DNA from: Pecten maximus
Taxonomy: Eukaryota
Length of the DNA: 64,000 nt
Reading direction: 5' to 3'
Assembly (NCBI RefSeq): GCF_902652985.1
Contig: NC_047021.1
Span: forward strand, 40,734,001 to 40,798,000
Below, piece by piece: positions 1 through 13,129 of the stretch. The notes under the pieces are model-generated. The model worked only from the letters and a program-made list of their open reading frames with translations, did not search any database and had not been told where the DNA came from. How positions within the stretch are numbered: position 1 is the stretch's first letter; every line of letters begins with the position of its first letter. Both the position numbers and the translations under genes were made by a program.

Positions 1-218
1 TTAATGTAATAATACATGCTACGGTAATATAAAGTAAACTGAATGATTCTTTTATTCAGAATTTTTTTACGATTAATTTATAATTTGTATATATGAGTAA
101 AACAAATCGTCATCTTTATTATAAACATGTATCTAATTAACACAATCTTTCATACACACAATATATATTTATTTTTATTTTTGAAGCATTTTAATATAAA
201 CAAACGAACATAAAAACT

Positions 219-264
219 TCATCATCATCATCATCATCATATCATCATCATCATCATCATCATC
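219..264. repeat. (CAT)n microsatellite
   Basis: About 15 perfect CAT/TCA units. Confidence 0.95.
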
Positions 265-759
265 ACACTAGACATCACCATCCTTTGCATGACCATTATC
301 ATCATTCATTACCAAATATTTTACCATAGGGTTCACCAGATCATCATAATTCTCAATGGGTTATTCACTAAAGCACTATAGTCCCACTTTTATTGTAACA
401 CTCCTTATCAAAATCTTTTTCTCAACGATCAAATCTCTCTTAATAGTTTCCAAGCTGAATTCATTTTATTCAGTAACTGATCATCTTGGACTGGCAAGGC
501 CATAAATAATTTTATCAGGGTTGTTAGCGTGGATTTAAAAAAGAACGTCTTCTTTTTAAACATGAAAGAAAAGTACTTTTAAAGTTCCAGGGATAGATAT
601 CCATATAAAAGTACTTTTCTTATTAAATGCTCCATTGATTATTTTAAACAGCTGTGAAAGAGGTAAAGTTGATGAAGTTACTCGTATTGAAAAATATACT
701 AAGTGATGCTCGGTATAATAATCACTGGCACATCTAGTTAATTAAGACGCATGGACATA

Positions 760-2912
760 AGAACAAAGTAATGTCAAAGGAGGCAAAATGCACCGTGGAG
801 ACAATGTAATGTAAAAAGAGGCACGTCTCATACACGGAGACAATGTAATGTAAAAAGAGACACATCTCAGACATGGAGACAATGTAATGTAAAAAGAGGC
901 ACGTCTCATACACGGAGACAATGTAATGTAAAAAGAGACACATCTCAGACATGGAGACAATGTAATGTAAAAAGAGACACATCTCAGACACGGAGACAAT
1001 GTAATGTAAAAAGAGACACATCTCAGACACGGAGACAATGTAATGTAAAAAGAGACACATCTCAGACATGGAGACAATGTAATGTAAAAAGAGACACATC
1101 TCAGACATGGAGACAATGTAATGTAAAAAGAGACACATCTCAGACACGGAGACAATGTAATGTAAAAAGAGACACATCTCAGACATGGAGACAATGTAAT
1201 GTAAAAAGAGGCACATCTCAGACATGGAGACAATGTAATGTAAAAAGAGGCACATCTCAGACATGGAGACAATGTAATGTAAAAAGAGACACATCTCAGA
1301 CACGGAGACAATGTAATGTAAAAAGAGACACATGTCAGACATGGAGACAATGTAATGTAAAACGAGACACATCTCAGACATGGAGACAAAGTAATGTAAA
1401 AAGAGACACATCTCAGACATGGAGACAATGTAATGTAAAAAGAGACACATCTCAGACACGGAGACAATGTAATGTAAAAAGAGACACATCTCAGACATGG
1501 AGACAATGTAATGTATAAAGAGACACATCTCAGACATGGAGACAATGTAATGTAAAAAGAGGCACATCTCAGACATGGAGACAATGTAATGTAAAAAGAG
1601 GCACATCTCAGACACGGAGACAATGTAATGTAAAAAGAGACACATCTCAGACACGGAGACAATGTAATGTAAAAAGAGACACATCTCAGACACGGAGACA
1701 ATGTAATGTAAAAAGAGACACATCTCAGACATGGAGACAATGTAATGTAAAAAGAGACACATCTCAGACATGGAGACAATGTAATGTAAAAAGAGGCGAA
1801 TTTCAGACATTGAGACAATGTGATGTAAAATAAGACACATCTCAGACATGGAGACAATGTGATGTAAAAAGAGGCAAATTTCAGACATGGAGACAATGTA
1901 ATGTAAAAAGAGACACATCTCAGACATGGATACAATGTACTGTAAAAAGAGACACATCTCAGACATGGAGACAATGTGATGTCAAAAGAGACACATCTCA
2001 GACATGGAGACAATGTAATGTAAAAAGAGACAAATTTCAGACATTGAGACAATGTGATGTAAAAGAGACACATCTCAGACATGGAGACAATGTGATGTAA
2101 AAAGAGACACATCTCAGACATGGAGACAATGTAATGTAAAAAGAGACACATCTCAGACATGGAGACAATGTAATGTAAAAAGAGGTACATCTCAGACATG
2201 GAGACAATGTAATGTAAAAAGAGGCACATCTCAGACATGGAGACAATGTAATGTAAAAAGAGACACATCTCAGACATGGAGACAATGTAATGTAAAAAGA
2301 GGCGAATTTCAGACATTGAGACAATGTGATGTAAAAAGAGACACATCTCAGACATGGAGACAATGTAATGTAAAAAGAGGCAAATTTCAGACATTGAGAC
2401 AATGTGATGTAAAAAGAGACACATCTCAGACATGGAGACAATGTGATGTAAAAAGAGGCAAATTTCAGACATGGAGACAATGTAATGTAAAAAGAGACAC
2501 ATGTCAGACATGGAGACAATGTAATGTAAAAAGAGACACATCTCAGACATGGAGACAATGTGATGTCAAAAGAGACACATCTCAGACATGGAGACAATGT
2601 AATGTAAAAAGAGACAAATTTCAGACATTGAGACAATGTGATGTAAAAAGAGACACATCTCAGACATGGAGACAATGTGATGTAAAAAGAGACACATCTC
2701 AGACATGGAGACAATGTAATGTAAAAAGAGACACATCTCAGACACGGAGACAATGTAATTTAAAAAGAGGCACATCTCAGACATGGAGACAATGTAATGT
2801 AAAAAGAGGCACATCTCAGACATGGAGACAATGTAATGTAAAAAGAGACATCTCAAACAATGAGAGAATGAAATGTCAAAAGAGACAAATCTCAGACATG
2901 GCGACTATGTAA
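760..2912. repeat. 39-bp minisatellite, about 55 copies
   Basis: Unit GGAGACAATGTAATGTAAAAAGAGACACATCTCAGACAT, homogeneous with degenerate edge units. It explains the 13-aa-periodic ORFs on both strands. Confidence 0.97.
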
Positions 2913-4026
2913 GAACCTAATTTGTACTTCGAGTTATGCAGGGTCTTTGAGTTCTCAAAATTAAAGATAACAAAGATTGACTTAAATAACAATAATTTGT
3001 AACCAGCGTTTTATTTTACTTAAAAATTAATGTTATCTGCCCATAACGTTAAAACAAATGACGTCACCGTTTGTAACGACAGATACAGCGGCGCAATAAT
3101 TTCTAAGAGAAAATAGTTCGTCAATAAAAGTAGATTTCCACGAGAGTATGCTCTCATCATAAAACACTTTGCAAATTATTTAGTACAGACACTGTGATGT
3201 TTTATGTCTTCATAAAAAAGATATTAAGTTCATCCTTTAATATTTAAGATGTGATACTTCAGATAACTGAAAAGTAACATAAAAAATGAATAACCCTATA
3301 AAATTTTATCGGGCAAACCTCAAGGATACTTACGTCAAGTAAATATCTAAAAATAACCGAAAACATCTTTGATGCGTGCGACAATAAATTATTTAAAAGG
3401 ACCTCCATAATCACAGAGCGAGACCAATGAATAAAAGATCGCTTATGTCTATCACAACCCATTGTTTTCTGATGTTATGAGCAATAAATTTAGTTTAAAA
3501 TCTAACAAAAACGAACGTTGCAAATTTATTGCTGACTTTGCATACAAACAGTTTGATTACTTATGAAAATAGCTCTGTCTATACAATCATATGATTTACA
3601 CCTAACAAACACGTCAATCTAGCCCCGTATCACTGAATAAATTTGCAAATGTATATAATATTTTTAATGGTAATGCATTTGATGACTTGACATAAAGGCT
3701 TTCACTGTTTAATTAAAACATCCATACAATACTGTAAGTTTTCCCACGATCTGAAAGTGTGTGCATGTCAAAAATTTCCTTTTTATGTGTGAGAAAAAGT
3801 TACATTTTTTTCCCCTTGATCTGCTTTACCAAGACGAGACGTAAAACGAATTTTTTTTTCTTCAGAAAAATGGGTGTGCTATAATGTATGTTTTCGATTG
3901 TTTTTGATAGTGATACAAAATTATTTTTTAGATGATATCAATATCAAGCATTTTCGTTTCTGTTTTAGCAAAACTGACAGAAAAACAACAACGTATTAAA
4001 GTTCAATTAGTCGACTTCGTTTTTAA

Positions 4027-5134
4027 CCCTTACACAGGTAATCAATCCTTACACATGTGATTATCTTCAAACGATAGGTACTCAATCATTACACAGATAA
4101 TCAGTCATTACACAGGTAATCAATCCTGACACAAGTAATCAATCTTGACACAATTAATCAATCCTTACACATGTAACCAATCCTTACACAGGTAACCAAT
4201 CCTTACACAGGTAATCAATCTGTACACATGTAACCAATCCTTACACAGGTAACCAATCCTTACACAATTAATCAATCCTTACACAGGTAACCAATCCTTA
4301 CACAGGTAACCAATCCTTACACAGGTAATCAATCCTGACACAGGTAATCAATCCTTACACAGGTAATCAATCTTTACACAGGAAACCAATCTTTACACAG
4401 GTAACCAATCCTTACACAGGTAACCAATCCTTATACAGGTAACCAATCCTTACACAGGTAATCAATCTTTACACAGGAAACCAATCTTTACACAGGTAAC
4501 CAATCCTTACACAGGTAACCAATCCTTATACAGGTAATCAATCCTTATACAGGTAACCAATCCTTATACAGGTAATCAATCTTTACACAGGTAATCAATC
4601 CTTACACAAGTAATCAATCCTTACACAGGTTATCAATCTTACACAGGTAATCAATCTTTACGCAGGTAATCAATCCTTACACAGGTAATCAATCTTATAC
4701 AGGTAATCAATCCTTACACATGTAATCAATCCATACACAGGTAATCAATCTTACACAGGTTATCAATCTTACACAGGTAATCAATCTTTACACTGGTAAT
4801 CAATCTTAACCCAGTTAATTTATCTTTACACAGGTAATCAATCCTTATACAGGTAATCAATCTTAACACATGTAATCAATCTTTACACAGGTAATCAATC
4901 TTACACATGTAATCAATCCATCCCTGGTTGTCATCCTTACACAGGTAATCAATCTTTACACAGGTAATCAATCTTTACACAAGTAATCAATCTTTACACA
5001 AGTAATCAATCTTACACATGTAATCAATCCTTAAACAGTTAATCGATTCTTACACAGGTAATTAATCATTACACAGGAAACCAATCCTTACACAGGTAAC
5101 CAATCCTTACACAGGTAATCAATACTTACACAGG
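4027..5134. repeat. 19-bp minisatellite, about 58 copies
   Basis: Unit ACAGGTAA(T/C)CAATCCTTAC; period 19 (copies at 4281 and 4300). Confidence 0.95.
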
Positions 5135-7245
5135 CGGATAAGCAACAATGGTCCCCTGTCTTTAGAATATTTTAAGGTTATGAATAAAATTAAGTTTTAA
5201 GATCTTGAGATCTTGAGATCTAGGTTATGTCTGTTCTAAGTTCAAACTAAGAGGAGATAAAATGATATTAGAATTTAAAAAAAAATAGGGAAAAAAAAGG
5301 TTTGGGCCGGTGGCCAATCTATAGATATGTATGTAACATTGATTTTTTTCAAGTATTAAAACGTTTTAATGGCCTAGATTCACATAAGGGATTTTGGTCA
5401 AATTGGCATATGTAATCATTTGAGTTGTTGTTTGACAGGCAGACAAAAATACATGTGGCTACCTTGTGGCGTGGAAATATTTTATTGAAGTTTCCATTTG
5501 GAAACTATTTATCATAGTTTTAAAACATGAATCTGTCGGTGCGACAGGAAAAGATGAAAATCTATGATATTAATTTGCGTCTCGTGACTTTTTATTATTT
5601 CTACTGCTATGCACCGCTGGGTTCGACATGTGTATACGTTATATACCAGGTAATTATCGAGTTCAGCCTACATCTACATTTAATGAATGCAACATTCCTT
5701 CTCGTTTTGCATTACTGCTTGGCGAGGCGGAATGGTATATGGCCATCTGATGCCATAGTGCATGCATTAAAACGTGTAAAGTATATCAATATAACCAGAA
5801 TAATTATCCAAACAGAATAATAATTAAGAAACTGTTGTTAATTAACTTGATAGAGCTTGTCTTGTTTAATATATTTATATTTAAATGAATAAAAACTCCA
5901 GACAAGGTTTAAAGATTAAGAAAAACAGAGAGAAAATAAAGCCAACCAATTTTCAAAAATGATTGGTCGAACACTTAAGGTTGAGATCGCAAGACAGGTT
6001 TTCAATACAGATAACGAACAACGGGTAACGATTGTCTTACCAATATGCCACTACGAAAAACATTACTGCACATTATAAGTATCTGCCGGAAACAAAATGA
6101 AGAAATTTTCGGACAAACAAATGAATGAACGGCCCTACCTACACTTTGTCCCGTTTTAAATGTGTTTGGGGCAAGCGTTGAAAGGAATATGTCAACTCTT
6201 TAATACTTGCATTAGAGTTCTAATATTTGCTTTCGATGTTGCTGTATGGGTCAACTATAATTATTTGGTGTCGTAATGAATAATGTTTGGGAAAAATGTT
6301 TTTTGTTTTTGTTTTTGTTTGTTTGTTTTTTGTTGTTGTTGTTGTTTTTATTTTTATTTTAACCTTTCTGAAACATTTTAGACTTTAACATTCATAACTT
6401 ATAATCGCAACTTTTCTTATGAGAATCTTCAAAAACTTTGAAAGTAAAGTTTAAAATAGTCCAACATCCGCTTTGTCTTTATATTTTGGTACACGTGTAT
6501 ATATTCTATATTCATACGACGTGTAAGTAGTTTGCTTGATGATGTAATCCCAATATACGATTTTTTTCCGCGGAGTTGAAATTGATGGGAAATATTCAAA
6601 TACCTCAATCAAAATTGATCCCTCACATAGGTTCACATTGTTTTTCTTTCCTATCTTCGATCTTGGCCTGTGCTACCTTTCATATGTATACGTACACATG
6701 TAACTCAATCCTTATGCATATGCTTCGTAAAACGTGACTAGTGGTTGTGTATAATGCATAAATTACTTTTACTTACAAGACGACAATTTTAAACATATCA
6801 AATTTTATCACTAACCATGAAATCTATTATGTGTATTCAACAAGTGTCCCTCGGGGTTTGTTTTAAGGTCCCGATATAGTGAGTTTCCATCTCCAAACAA
6901 CTATATCAATGTTACAAACATTTCCCGTAAAAATGAAACTCACTAAAACATTATCCGAGACTTATTTCAGACTTGAAAACGAAAAATAAAATACCCCATA
7001 ACAATACCAGACGTGTAACAGCTGAGTTCTGAACTAATTTGGAGTGAAATTTGTTGGGCTGTTAATTTTCGTCGGAGAAGAATGGTTCAAACGAATAATT
7101 AAATTGTTACTAGCTTAAAAATGCATACATCAAACAGTATCTATTAAAAATATGCATATTTTTTTCAAATTAAAATTATTTTCATGTAACACAATTTCCT
7201 GCCATAGTGAATATAGACCAGTGATATTCAATGTTTTGAAGCTTA

Positions 7246-7668
7246 CTATCACTGACAAGTCCTAGAAGGACGAAACAGCTTTATGATGTCCATAACATCG
7301 CTGACTAGTCCTAGAAAGATGAAACAGCTGTATGATGTCCCTGACATCACGGACGAGTCAAAGGAAGACAAAACAGCTGCACGATTTCCCTAAAATCGCT
7401 GACGAGTGCAATGAAATCGAAACAGCTGTATAATGTCCCTTACATCACTGACGAGTCGAAGGTGTATGAAACAGCTGTATGATGTTTCTAACATCACTGA
7501 CGAGTCCCAGCAGGACGAAACAGCTATATACCTTAACATCACTGGCGAGTCCGAGAAGGACGAAACATCTGTATGGTGTCACTAACATCACAGACGAGTC
7601 CTTGAAGGACGAAAAAACTGTATGTCGTCCTTAGCATCTCTGACGAGTCCTAGAAGTACAGAGCAGGT
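7246..7668 (+). ncRNA. Tandem array of 9 hammerhead ribozyme motifs, 49-bp period
   Basis: Consensus GTA-TGATGT-cccta-ACATCA-CTGACGA-GTCC-tagaa-GGAC-GAAAC-AGCT. This gives the CUGANGA and GAAA cores, a GUA cleavage triplet, helix I TGATGT/ACATCA, helix II GTCC/GGAC and palindromic helix III ACAGCTGT. Cores at 7252, 7301, 7350, 7399, 7448, 7497, 7542, 7591, 7640. Confidence 0.9.
7473..7525 (+). ncRNA. Intact type III-topology hammerhead ribozyme, predicted cleavage after A7479
   Basis: AGCTGT-A / TGATGT ttcta ACATCA / CTGACGA / GTCC cagca GGAC / GAA-ACAGCT. All conserved core nucleotides are present; helices III (6 bp), I (6 bp) and II (4 bp) pair fully. Confidence 0.85.
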
Positions 7669-8849
7669 GTATAATTATTGCATTCATATTTAACGATACT
7701 CTTAATTTTGGTCATGTAATATCCATTGTTTCCAGCAATGTTTACTTCACATAAGGGTCGTCTTAAAGACTTTTTACCTTTAGAGACCACTCATGGATAC
7801 TTTGCTTTGTGCCATCAAAGTTAGTTCCTTTGGCTATATATTCAGTTAAAGAAATTGATGATGCACTTGCCTAATTAATTAATTACGTAACCAAATTACA
7901 AACCTAAGAACGCATATTGTCACAAAATAGATAAAAAAAAATAACTATTTATTTGAACGACGTAGGAAAGCTTAGACCATAAACTAAATAGCAAAATGAT
8001 AGAACAATAACTATACCACAGACGATATTTAAGTATTTTAAGAAAAACAGTCAAACTTTTGTGCAAATGACATATTGCATTTCTTCCAAATTCAGTCCAT
8101 TCAAAATTACTAAGCGTACAGAGAGCTTTATCACTTACCCTAAACCTGTGAAAAGATCAAAACTGTACCATTTGTGCAAAGTGTAGATTTGTGGATGTGA
8201 TGTTTTTCACCCCATTCGATAAATGAAATAACAGACCACCCTGCAACACTCCAAACATTATACATACATGTATGTCTTTCCTTATACATAACAACCCGTA
8301 ACACGCATACAAGTAATGCCGACATGTGCAGGCCGCGTTCATCGACCATTGCTGTTAATTATGATTAGGACGTTAACTACGATACATTACATAACCAGTA
8401 GTGACTAAACAAATCTTGCAACAATATACCCCAATATACCCCAACTTCATTTTGACATTAGTAGTAAATAGCTTCTATGTCCATAATTTTGAATAATATA
8501 TTAAATCACTTCTATTCTTCTATTTATTAAGTCGCTTCTGAAGACGACTTCAAACACCTGATATAGTACCGTTCTTATAATGAGAGATAGGTGTGTAGGT
8601 GCGAGTTGTAAAGTTGTCTTTAGGAGAGATATTAAACCCAGAAAAATGCTAGAGAGACTTCTCCATCACATTAAAAGCAGTAAGCAATGACTTTACTGAT
8701 GATCAAGAGATTGGCAGTATGCAAAGTGTTTCAAGATTTCTGAGAAATAAAAGTCGCAACTTGAAGACCAAAACGTTGGTCTTGATGATATGATACGTGG
8801 CGGAACATGTCGTTATTATCCATAGATGATCTATTTTATGGCCAGTCTT

Positions 8850-9790
8850 CCCACACCAAATGTATACTATATATGTAAGAATATATTCCATCAAAGCTCG
8901 ACCATTTTTCCCAAGCGCGAAAAACACCAACTCATCTTTCATCGCAAACTGTGGTGTCTTTGGTCCTCGCGTTTTTGTTCACGTCATATCATAGGAAAAA
9001 ATCCGAACCCTAACGTTGAAATTTGCACCGATGAAAGAGAAATGTTGACTTCCGAGCGACCTTCCTGATCAAAGAAAATCAGCAATGATCTTTTGGAGAT
9101 ATCACATAAGCTATCAAAGCAAGAGTTTTCCTCTACTCTGCGTTTCTCAGCTCTGTTTGACACAGTTTGCAAAGCCTGGACAGGTTAGACAAGAACACAG
9201 TTTCTAGAAATTCTTTCAAATTGTTCGTCCTCCAATGACACTGGTATATACTCTCCAAACCACGAGGATGCACTACTGTTGTTCTGGGTAAAATTGAAGG
9301 CGGACATATCATAAAAATAATGTTCAACTCTTTTTTTAACATGTCAGTTCCCAGTATATCGAAAACATTTCATTCCAAAGTAAAACATTAGAAATTGCTA
9401 TTATTCCTTGGACGTGAACATCTTACAAGAGAAAACATTCTTGAACAAGCGGGCGACTGCCATTCTTGATGATACATTCATCTTTATTCCAAAAAGTTCT
9501 GATCACAAGTTCCAGAGAATCTCCTTCAGAAGAAGCGGAACTTTTAAAGTTCATGAGCATAGCCCTACCTCATGGTTACATTCTGGACACAGTAGGACCT
9601 TTTGCTTGAAGCGATATTAATGCAGATATTACTAAAGTCATTGTGTATAGTTTCACCTGGCTGAAGAAAGATGGCAATGTCGATCTTGATCGAGGGTTTA
9701 GGAATGTTTTGCCAGATTTGGAATCATGCTGTTTGACAATAAAGATGCCGTCTTATCTTAAACCTTGACAGACTCAACATGACGACCGAC
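8850..9790 (+). pseudogene. Decayed PIF/Harbinger-superfamily (ISL2EU-like, HTH_Tnp_4 + DDE_Tnp_4 type) transposase
   Basis: Translation across stops and frameshifts: CKAWTG*TRTQFLEIL...DALLLFWVKLKADIS (HTH), ILDDTFIFIPKSSDHKFQRISF, KRNFLKFMSIALPHGYILDTVGPF, DLDRGFRNVLPDLE..IKMPSYLKP*QTQH. The DRGFR motif is at 9688-9702. Family recognised from memory of motifs. Confidence 0.8.
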
Positions 9791-10824
9791 AAGCTATCCT
9801 TGATAGATCCTTAACTTCATCCAGATGGGTACGCACTCAGTCTGTTCCAATGGAATCCATCGACCCATATATGTTCGATCACCAGAGCGAGACGCAAATG
9901 GTAGGGCGCTGCCTGACAAAATGACAGCACGCCCTAGTGTTCACCACACCTTGGCTCAGCGTTTGAAAGATCTTACTAAGTCACTATTTGTCAAATCTAG
10001 ATGTGACTGCGGACTATTTTAACTTTCCAAAGTTAGACATGGAATACTTTTCTATTAGATTATTTTCTTTTTTTTTTCTTTTTTAAATAGTGGTTTTGGG
10101 GTAAAAATGTCATATTTAGGTGAATTTTCTTCTCAATACTGATATTTTTATTGATTTTGTTTATTTTGCTTACAACTTTATTTACTTATAAGGCAGAATA
10201 GATGCGACATACGATTATATGTAATACTTGCCAATTAATTATTACAGAAAGGCACATTATCTGGTAAGGTAAGGTCGTTCTTTATTTCCAAACATCAGGT
10301 TGAACCTTGTCATTCGCAAACGGAACATTTGTATGGCACAATTGCAATTTAAATAGATTTCTACATACATGACGATAATCACAAATATCGATTAAAATTT
10401 GACATTATTTAAATATTACATCTAAATTTCGAATTAAACCGTTACAAAATCGACTTTGATGCTCTAGGAATTGTAACATACTTTAAAGTAAGATTAACTA
10501 ATTTGAGTTAGATACGCAATCGTCACCTCTATATTTTCAGCAATATCATCGAATAAATCCCTCCTTCTTTAAATTAGTAATATTATTTCGCCTTTTGATA
10601 CGAAAGCGATATAATTTAGGAAAATTTGTCTTTCAAGCAAAAACAGATTACGAGCAAATTATTTAATTGATTTAATTGACATTTTTGTTAGAATAGAATG
10701 ACCCGGGAAATATTAATTGTAATTAAATTCATGAAATTCTGTACCTATAAACTTTGTCAGTTAACGATATAAAAACAATGAAGAATTACGAAAAAATCAT
10801 GTAATTAACTTAAGAAAGAATTGG

Positions 10825-12270
10825 TGGAAATGAAACAATTAAACGAAAGTATTTTTTCCACCATTGTTTTACGCTTAATAAACAATAACGTCCTGTTTAA
10901 TGAAGAAACATAGACGACTCCAATAGAATATACAACGTTTATTGTAGCGTGAATAAGTTGACACGACGTGATCTTAGCCTCGTTAAGTACTATAACTATG
11001 GTTAATATATTTTCTTGCCTTTGTGTGGCGATGATCACTTGATTTATATATCATAAAACATTGTTTCGTGTGAGTAACGAGAACTGTGAATCTGTGGCGT
11101 CACATGAATTTATCTGTCGTTAATAAAGGAACTTTTACAATAATAACATTATTACTCGTTCTTTTTAATTCAACTTACTGCAGCAAACGGGCTTCAGTTT
11201 CTGCACATGTCACCATACTAACACAAATCCTTGCCTGGATATATGTCGAACGAAAGGCATGATGTGCTGCCATTTTTTTTGTGCTGATTTAGATAAATGG
11301 ATGATTTGATCTTGGTAATATTTCTGTTCCACATCCAAATGATTCCTACAAACACGCTCTTTTCCATGTTATTTTTTCAAAGGCTTCGGAAGTATTTTTC
11401 GTTGAGATAAAAAAAAAATCGAAGTCCATTAACATATAAATCATCTGTATGCATGTATTTTGCTGATTTTCGCATTTAGAATGTGGCGCCTATTACGTTT
11501 ACAATAAATGAATTGATTAAGCTCCTGGGAATTTGGAACAACCGTTAGAGATATTCAGAACAATCATGTAAAACATAATTTTGTCCATTTCTGAACTTTC
11601 ATAAAAAGGTGAAATTGGTAATGTCTGGCTCAATGTTCTCCGAAACTTGACTGCCGCTCAAACTAAAATGTTTGCAACACATGATCCGTTAAAACCTCCA
11701 AAGATTCCAGAATAAAAACGGCAACATTTTAGGAGATTGTGTCATCCTATATCCAATAAGCACTAACTGATTCCTGCTGAAAATGACGACTAAAAGCTTA
11801 GTGTGGATTCTGCTTTTTTCTTACCTTTGCTCTCTTACTCTGGTATTCATACTTGGCATCGAGGATGAATCTATATACTGAATTAAATCCGAAGACTAAC
11901 ATAATGGTTATTTTACTGTTAAAAAGAATATGCAATATATTTTTTAGAATTTCCTAAAAGACACATGATGTGTTCAGGACAAAAATTGGGCCACAAGTGA
12001 TTTACAAAGAATTCCTTACGATGTTAAATACCCCTGAAACCTATAAACATCTAGTGGTAATCAATTGTCTGTAACTATTTTCTATCCTTGTCACGAATAT
12101 GATGTCATTTGATTTACATCTCATTGACGTTCATGTAGTTTATGCTTTAAATAGAATTAATTAAGCACGGTCTTCAAAAGGCGATGGTTGTAACACGCGA
12201 CTTATCTGATTTCGGAAAATTACATTGAAAAGTATTATGCAAGATACGGGATACAAGATAATATGCAAAT
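10825..12270. repeat. Old local duplication A, copy 1
   Basis: Collinear similarity to about 14715-16025, with shared blocks such as CACATGAATTTATCTGTCGTTAATAAAGGAACTTTT and CTTACTGCAGCAAACGGGCTTCAGTTTCTG. Confidence 0.85.
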
Positions 12271-12737
12271 TCTTGGGGATTATCATTTTTTTAATTCACC
12301 CGGATTTGAATGTTTGATTTAAATATTAATCTAATAATATGTAATTATATCTAAAGATGATACAGAGTCGACAAAGAGTAATCGCGATCGATTTCAAACA
12401 AGAGTAGGCAGCGGTTAACTCTTATACAATATCCAAAGTCAAATCCTTCAGGCTTTTGTCGCCCTGTCAAAGTTTGAGGTTTTAATTGTTTATTTTAATA
12501 TCCAAACGTAAGATTTATTAATTTCATCCCGAATAAATTATATCGTTCTCCGCCTCTATAGTTTTTATCTATATAGGCAGACCTACCTGTCGTTTGACGT
12601 TTTCGTCGATATGCAAAGTAGGCGATTGTATTTGTGCAACGGTGTTCAATGGTGTCTTACTGCATCGAGTGCTTAACGAACGTGTACCTCTTGTAGAAAA
12701 AGTGGTTTCAATATCATGAGATCATGACTTACAACCG

Positions 12738-12740
<3 letters not shown>

Positions 12741-12781
<41 letters not shown>
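12741..12781. repeat. (GA)n microsatellite
   Basis: About 20 GA units. Confidence 0.95.
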
Positions 12782-12783
<2 letters not shown>

Positions 12784-13129
12784 ACGAACACAATGACCTT
12801 CGGTTTCTGTGTCACACGCTCAATGCATATATAACCAATACATAACATGTATAGGCAAAATAGCATTAATCAGTCAAAGTAATCAAACACATTTACATAG
12901 CTATATGTTTTTATCAATTGTTAGAGAATTTCCGTTCATGAAGTGTAAATGATAATGAATTAATATTCAGGTATGATATTCAAATTTTACATTGAATGTT
13001 CAATTTGTTATTCTCATAATCGTTACATACATTTAAACTGAAATAACAAAATAAGATATGATGTTAAAGTATCAGTTACACAAAGCAAATTTAATACTAT
13101 ATTAAGAAAGAATGACTTCTGTCCCCATG

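Noticed and set aside
734-2912. Long ORFs (up to 602 aa) with 13-aa periodicity
   Set aside because: Read-through of a 39-bp minisatellite; open in several frames on both strands, with no unique domain.
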